Assembly (NCBI GenBank): GCA_965205015.1
Contig: OZ242029.1
Span: forward strand, 3,104,001-3,168,000
Length of the DNA: 64,000 nucleotides
Source: Candidatus Poribacteria bacterium
GTDB taxonomy: Bacteria > Poribacteria > WGA-4E > WGA-3G
Direction: 5' to 3'
Part shown: in pieces, positions 60,202-64,000 of the stretch
How the letters are laid out: the number at the start of each line of letters is the position of its first letter
Position numbering within the stretch: the first letter of the stretch is position 1
Translations under genes and position numbers: made by a program
The notes under the pieces: generated by a model
Databases searched by the model: none
Told to the model about the DNA's origin: nothing
Seen by the model: the letters and a program-made list of their open reading frames with translations, nothing else

Positions 60202-61164
60202 ATGTCCAAACAAAGTAATGAAAAAAGAAAAAAGAAAAGATCCCGAAAAAGGAATAAAGCACATGCTTCTCTAAAGTCACTATCCGCGATGAAATCTAAG
60301 AAAGGGGTTCGTCCTAGAGCTGATTGCAACGTATGTGGTCAGAATAGAATTTTGACTTTCGATCACGTACCGCCGAAAAAGACCAGGAAAATTATACAGA
60401 AACACAGCCATTGGCTTAAAGACAAAGATATTTTAGTGGAAAACCAGGATGGTGATACCGTTGTCCAAAAGCTTGGGTTTGAAACAGTGTGTAAGGAATG
60501 TAATGGTATTGGCAGTGGGTACGTTGATGAGTATAATGAGATGATTGTTCAACTCTTGAATCATATAAATCAAGGTTGGGATAATCGATTTGTCGAAATT
60601 ACAATCAATCCTCTAATTGTGTTCAAACAAATACTCTATATGTTTTTGGTTCAAAATGATGAGTTTAAATGGTATAAATACCATCCATATCTATTGTATC
60701 GTTTATTTGAAAGCAGACAGCTGACTTATTCTAATTTGGAATCGCTATTAAAAATTTATATGGGTTTCCACACAGGACCTGATTTAAGCTATCATCCGGA
60801 TCAAGTTGCTAAAGGTAATCTTGCCCCGGATGCGCCAATTACTCTATCTAAGGAATATCCGAGTTATACGGCAGAAGTGGACATCTCAGAATTGCGTATA
60901 GCCCTAAATGAGGGAGTATTTGATAATGGAATCTTGTTTCCACCATTTTTCTATAGATTAATTATCACACACGATCTAACGCAAAATATTAATGTGGGCA
61001 GGCTGACAGATATCACATCTTTCAGTGCCTGTTCAGATCAAGCTCGCAAAATTGAGTTACCCATCATTAAGAATGATATAGGTACGCCACCGAGTTCTTT
61101 TAGAAGTTCGTTGGTTAAATGGAAGGAAGTGCCTCATACACCTGTTATAGCAAATATAGATTAG
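60202..61164 (+). CDS. HNH-like zinc-binding protein, AT-rich
   Basis: CNVC..TFDHVPPK..CKECN; AAGGAGG RBS. Confidence 0.7.
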   Translation: MSKQSNEKRKKKRSRKRNKAHASLKSLSAMKSKKGVRPRADCNVCGQNRILTFDHVPPKKTRKIIQKHSHWLKDKDILVENQDGDTVVQKLGFETVCKECNGIGSGYVDEYNEMIVQLLNHINQGWDNRFVEITINPLIVFKQILYMFLVQNDEFKWYKYHPYLLYRLFESRQLTYSNLESLLKIYMGFHTGPDLSYHPDQVAKGNLAPDAPITLSKEYPSYTAEVDISELRIALNEGVFDNGILFPPFFYRLIITHDLTQNINVGRLTDITSFSACSDQARKIELPIIKNDIGTPPSSFRSSLVKWKEVPHTPVIANID

Positions 61165-61175
61165 ATTCTGTCTAA

Positions 61176-61342
61176 GTAGTGTTTACATTTTTTTAGCAGT
61201 CATAAGTATGGCTGCGAAATAAACAAATCCAAAGTATCAGACTGCGTATTTATCATAGCGAGTGGCAACCCGACGAAACTGTTTCAAGCGATGAAAAAAA
61301 CGCTCGATGACGTTGCGAAGTTTGTAGGTAGTGTTTACATTT
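61176..61342 (-). mobile_element. IS5-family transposase C-terminal remnant
   Basis: Minus 61326-61183 reads YKLRNVIERFFHRLKQFRRVATRYDKYAV*YFGFVYFAAILMTAKKM*; flanked by GTAGTGTTTACATTT twice. Confidence 0.85.
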
Positions 61343-61399
61343 ATCCAGCTTGAATTGGCGTGGGACAAGAGGATATAAAAATGCAGGCTGTATTTTAAA

Positions 61400-61651
61400 T
61401 TAGAAAACACCGAAGCCCAAGACGAGGCGGATGGCGCCCAAGAGAATGGCTACGCCACACAGAACACACCCAGCAATGGCGAGTTCTTTCTTTGATGACA
61501 CGATAAAGGCAAGGACGCTGAACAGCAATCCAAAGACGGCAAACGGAATATTGAGGTAATTGAGTGCGCCGAGGAACGGGATAATGGCAACTGCCATCCC
61601 GATCATCGCGAATATGCCCCATATTAAACTGAGAATCGACAGTAATCCCAT
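61400..61651 (-). CDS. Small membrane protein (about 3 TM)
   Basis: 83 aa, hydrophobic, GGAG RBS. Confidence 0.75.
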   Translation of the reverse strand: MGLLSILSLIWGIFAMIGMAVAIIPFLGALNYLNIPFAVFGLLFSVLAFIVSSKKELAIAGCVLCGVAILLGAIRLVLGFGVF

Positions 61652-61709
61652 GATTTATCTCCGTATTATCACAAAGCATTACAGCGGCGAAGTGTTGTCT
61701 GCAAATTTT

Positions 61710-61927
61710 TATAGTAGAACCCACAATTACTTGAATACTGACAGAAGGCGAGGTTGGATGAAGATTAAGAATTTAATTCGGTAATATGTGGGCAGGCACA
61801 AGACCTGGGGAAACACCCCAGCAAAAACCCCCTACAATGTCTTTTTTGGGATAGGATTACCGAAATATTTATTTAAACTTCATGAAACCTCGCCAGCGGG
61901 GGTGGACGTTGGTTCGGGCGTTACTAT
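61710..61927. mobile_element. Nested composite: TATAG MITE > REP > ATGAAG MITE (61758-61883) > REP
   Basis: TATAGTAGAACCC...GGCGAGGTTGG[ATGAAG..CTTCAT]GAAACCTCGCC...TTACTAT. Confidence 0.8.
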
Positions 61928-61933
61928 GAAACG

Positions 61934-63343
61934 TTACGCCTCTGTTGGTGTGTGGTCCTCTGCTTTCCTGAGTATGACGTTTCCGCCGACGGAGAAAAGT
62001 TTCAAGAGTGAACCGCCACCGTTGATGGTTCCCTGCAACTGATCGGGTTTGACAGTCCCTGTTGTTTCTACGGCTACCGGAAATTCTGTGGTTACTGAAC
62101 CTCCAAGTACCTTGGCTTCGACTGTCGCAGCGATATCCGGGACGAGTGATACATTGATGTTGCCTCCTGTTGTCTTCATATCCAGTAGCAGGTTTTGACG
62201 TGAAACTGCCTCTTGGAGTTGGCAGCGAATAGAACCGCCGCTTGTTTTCGCGAGGACGGGTCCGTCGTTCTCTACCTCTATGCTGCCACCGGCGGTTTTC
62301 ACATCTGCGCCGCCTTTACAGCCGCGTAGCGTCACATTGCCACCGGAGGTTTTCCCGTTGACGGCACCTATGACATCGATCATCTGGATGTTGCCACCCG
62401 ATGTTTTGGCTTTGACATCGCCAGTGCCTTCCTCAAGCGTGATGTTTCCACCACTCGTTCGAAGTGCGGTGTTGCCCTCAAATGCCTTGAGATCTATGTT
62501 TCCACCGGAAGTTGTTCCGTCGATGTGTCCGACGATATTTTGTAAACGGAGTCCGGCACCGGCAGTGCGAACGTGCACATCGCCACCTATATCCATCACA
62601 GAAATTTCCTCATCGGCGGTTTTCAAATCGAGCGTGTAGTTTCGGGGAACGACGATTTCAAATTGGACATCCAAGCGTTTTTTCGCCTTTTTCCACTGTT
62701 TTACGGGACCCCTGAATTTTGCCTCGATTTTGACATCTACGGCTTCGTGTGTCATCTGGACATCAAAATTCTTAAGGACTTCCCCTGCACGCCGATCTTC
62801 CTTTAACTGTGCGGCACGTCGGATGCGGACAGAAACATTATCATCCGCTGCGCTCCGCACGTCAATTGCCCCGAAATCAGCGTCGATCGTTAGCTTACCA
62901 CCGGGTGCAACGGGAAAGACTTCGACGATGTCTTCTAACGTCGTCTCGGTCAAGAAATCTGGTGCAGCTTTTCGGATGAGGTCGCCGAAGGGTTTGTCTG
63001 CCAGTTCCTCTGTCAGATTCTCCATGAACCGTTTTCCGAAAAAACTGGAGAACCATCCTTTGAAATCCGCGGTTGTGTCCACCTCTTCGTTGAGATAGGC
63101 GGCAAGTTGATGACAAGCGATTCCAATCTGGCTAAAAGAGGCATCTGTGGGGAGCACCTCAAAGAGTCCATCGGGTATTGCGTTGATGTCGTTGAGCCGT
63201 TTGAGGACGTTATTGAATTGGGAGATGCATTGCGATTCGCCGCCGCTGAACGCTCCGGTTAGCGCGGCGTCCTCTGCGATTTTTGCGGTGTGCTCCAACA
63301 TGTGAAAAAGTCCTCTGAGTTCTTGTGGTCTGTGTTGTTCCAT
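61934..63343 (-). CDS. DUF4097-like beta-strand repeat protein with N-terminal helical domain
   Basis: Repeated xTSGGNI units, C-terminal GTINGGG..LKL; no signal peptide. Confidence 0.85.
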   Translation of the reverse strand: MEQHRPQELRGLFHMLEHTAKIAEDAALTGAFSGGESQCISQFNNVLKRLNDINAIPDGLFEVLPTDASFSQIGIACHQLAAYLNEEVDTTADFKGWFSSFFGKRFMENLTEELADKPFGDLIRKAAPDFLTETTLEDIVEVFPVAPGGKLTIDADFGAIDVRSAADDNVSVRIRRAAQLKEDRRAGEVLKNFDVQMTHEAVDVKIEAKFRGPVKQWKKAKKRLDVQFEIVVPRNYTLDLKTADEEISVMDIGGDVHVRTAGAGLRLQNIVGHIDGTTSGGNIDLKAFEGNTALRTSGGNITLEEGTGDVKAKTSGGNIQMIDVIGAVNGKTSGGNVTLRGCKGGADVKTAGGSIEVENDGPVLAKTSGGSIRCQLQEAVSRQNLLLDMKTTGGNINVSLVPDIAATVEAKVLGGSVTTEFPVAVETTGTVKPDQLQGTINGGGSLLKLFSVGGNVILRKAEDHTPTEA

Positions 63344-63364
63344 TTTTTCACCTCTCTTTGATGG

Positions 63365-63973
63365 TTACATATCTGCACGGTAGCCGCGTCTTTCCAAAAT
63401 CGTTTTAAGTAGTTCCTTTGCCTTATGGAGTCGCCATTTCACGGTTGTGAGGGGTACGGAGAGGAATTCAGCCATCCGTTTTTGCGGCATCTCTGCCCAA
63501 TAATAGAGTTCAATAACCCCTCGGAAGTCATCTGGTAGTTCCTGAATCGCGTCTCTGATTGCTTGCTGTGTGAGTTCACGTTCCACAATGTGAGCGGGAT
63601 CTTCAGCCGATGTATCTGCTGCCCTATTTAAATAGGGTTCCATATCTTCCTGGGGTTGGTAACGGCCGGCACTCCTATAATAGCGCAAAGCACGGTTGCG
63701 GGTGATTGAATGAAGCCACGCACCAAACCGGTTCAGATCCGAGAGTTGTGGGAGTGCTTCAAAAGCCCTCAAAAACGCGTCTTGCACGACGTCTTCGGCA
63801 TCGGTAGGGTTTCGCACAATCTGTTGCGCGATTGTCAGCATGGCTCGTCGGTAGCGAGTGACCAAAACATCAAACGCTTGTGTATTCCCAGCAAGTGCCG
63901 CGACGACTAACTCGGCATCATTCGCATCCGTTAATTCTTGATTGATTGGCACGCACGCTTCGTCTGTAGGCAT
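63365..63973 (-). CDS. ECF RNA polymerase sigma factor
   Basis: DAEDVVQDAF, FGAWLHSITRN, VPLTTVKWRLHKAK. Confidence 0.93.
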   Translation of the reverse strand: MPTDEACVPINQELTDANDAELVVAALAGNTQAFDVLVTRYRRAMLTIAQQIVRNPTDAEDVVQDAFLRAFEALPQLSDLNRFGAWLHSITRNRALRYYRSAGRYQPQEDMEPYLNRAADTSAEDPAHIVERELTQQAIRDAIQELPDDFRGVIELYYWAEMPQKRMAEFLSVPLTTVKWRLHKAKELLKTILERRGYRADM

Positions 63974-64000
63974 GAATCCTCTCCCTCTTTGCCTATTAGA

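Overview
Bacterial genomic window of moderate GC. The gene content (LamG protein with a C-terminal KLxTTWGxLK tail, PhyH dioxygenases, sulfatase, cohesin/dockerin, TPR and ASPIC proteins) suggests Candidatus Poribacteria; this is an inference. Core and metabolic genes include aroK-aroB, gmhA-like, ROK and FGGY kinases, a sugar ABC transporter, an nfeD-nfeD-floA-floA cluster followed by an amidase and dipeptide epimerase, and an ECF sigma factor. Five things stand out. (1) A defence island at about 50.3-61.3 kb, where a Type III restriction-modification pair is in res-before-mod order and split by a PD-(D/E)xK nuclease and a toxin-antitoxin pair translationally coupled to mod, with HEPN-like and HNH-like genes at its edges. 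(2) An uncharacterised four-gene membrane operon (FN3 plus DUF6754-like). (3) A dense set of small repeats: nested MITE/REP elements, plus a ~100-bp element and a REP that sit in-frame inside proteins or supply translation starts. (4) A consensus sigma-54 promoter. (5) A long structured leader in front of a His-rich exported protein. No rRNA, tRNA or CRISPR array was seen. All family assignments come from motif recognition, not database searches.
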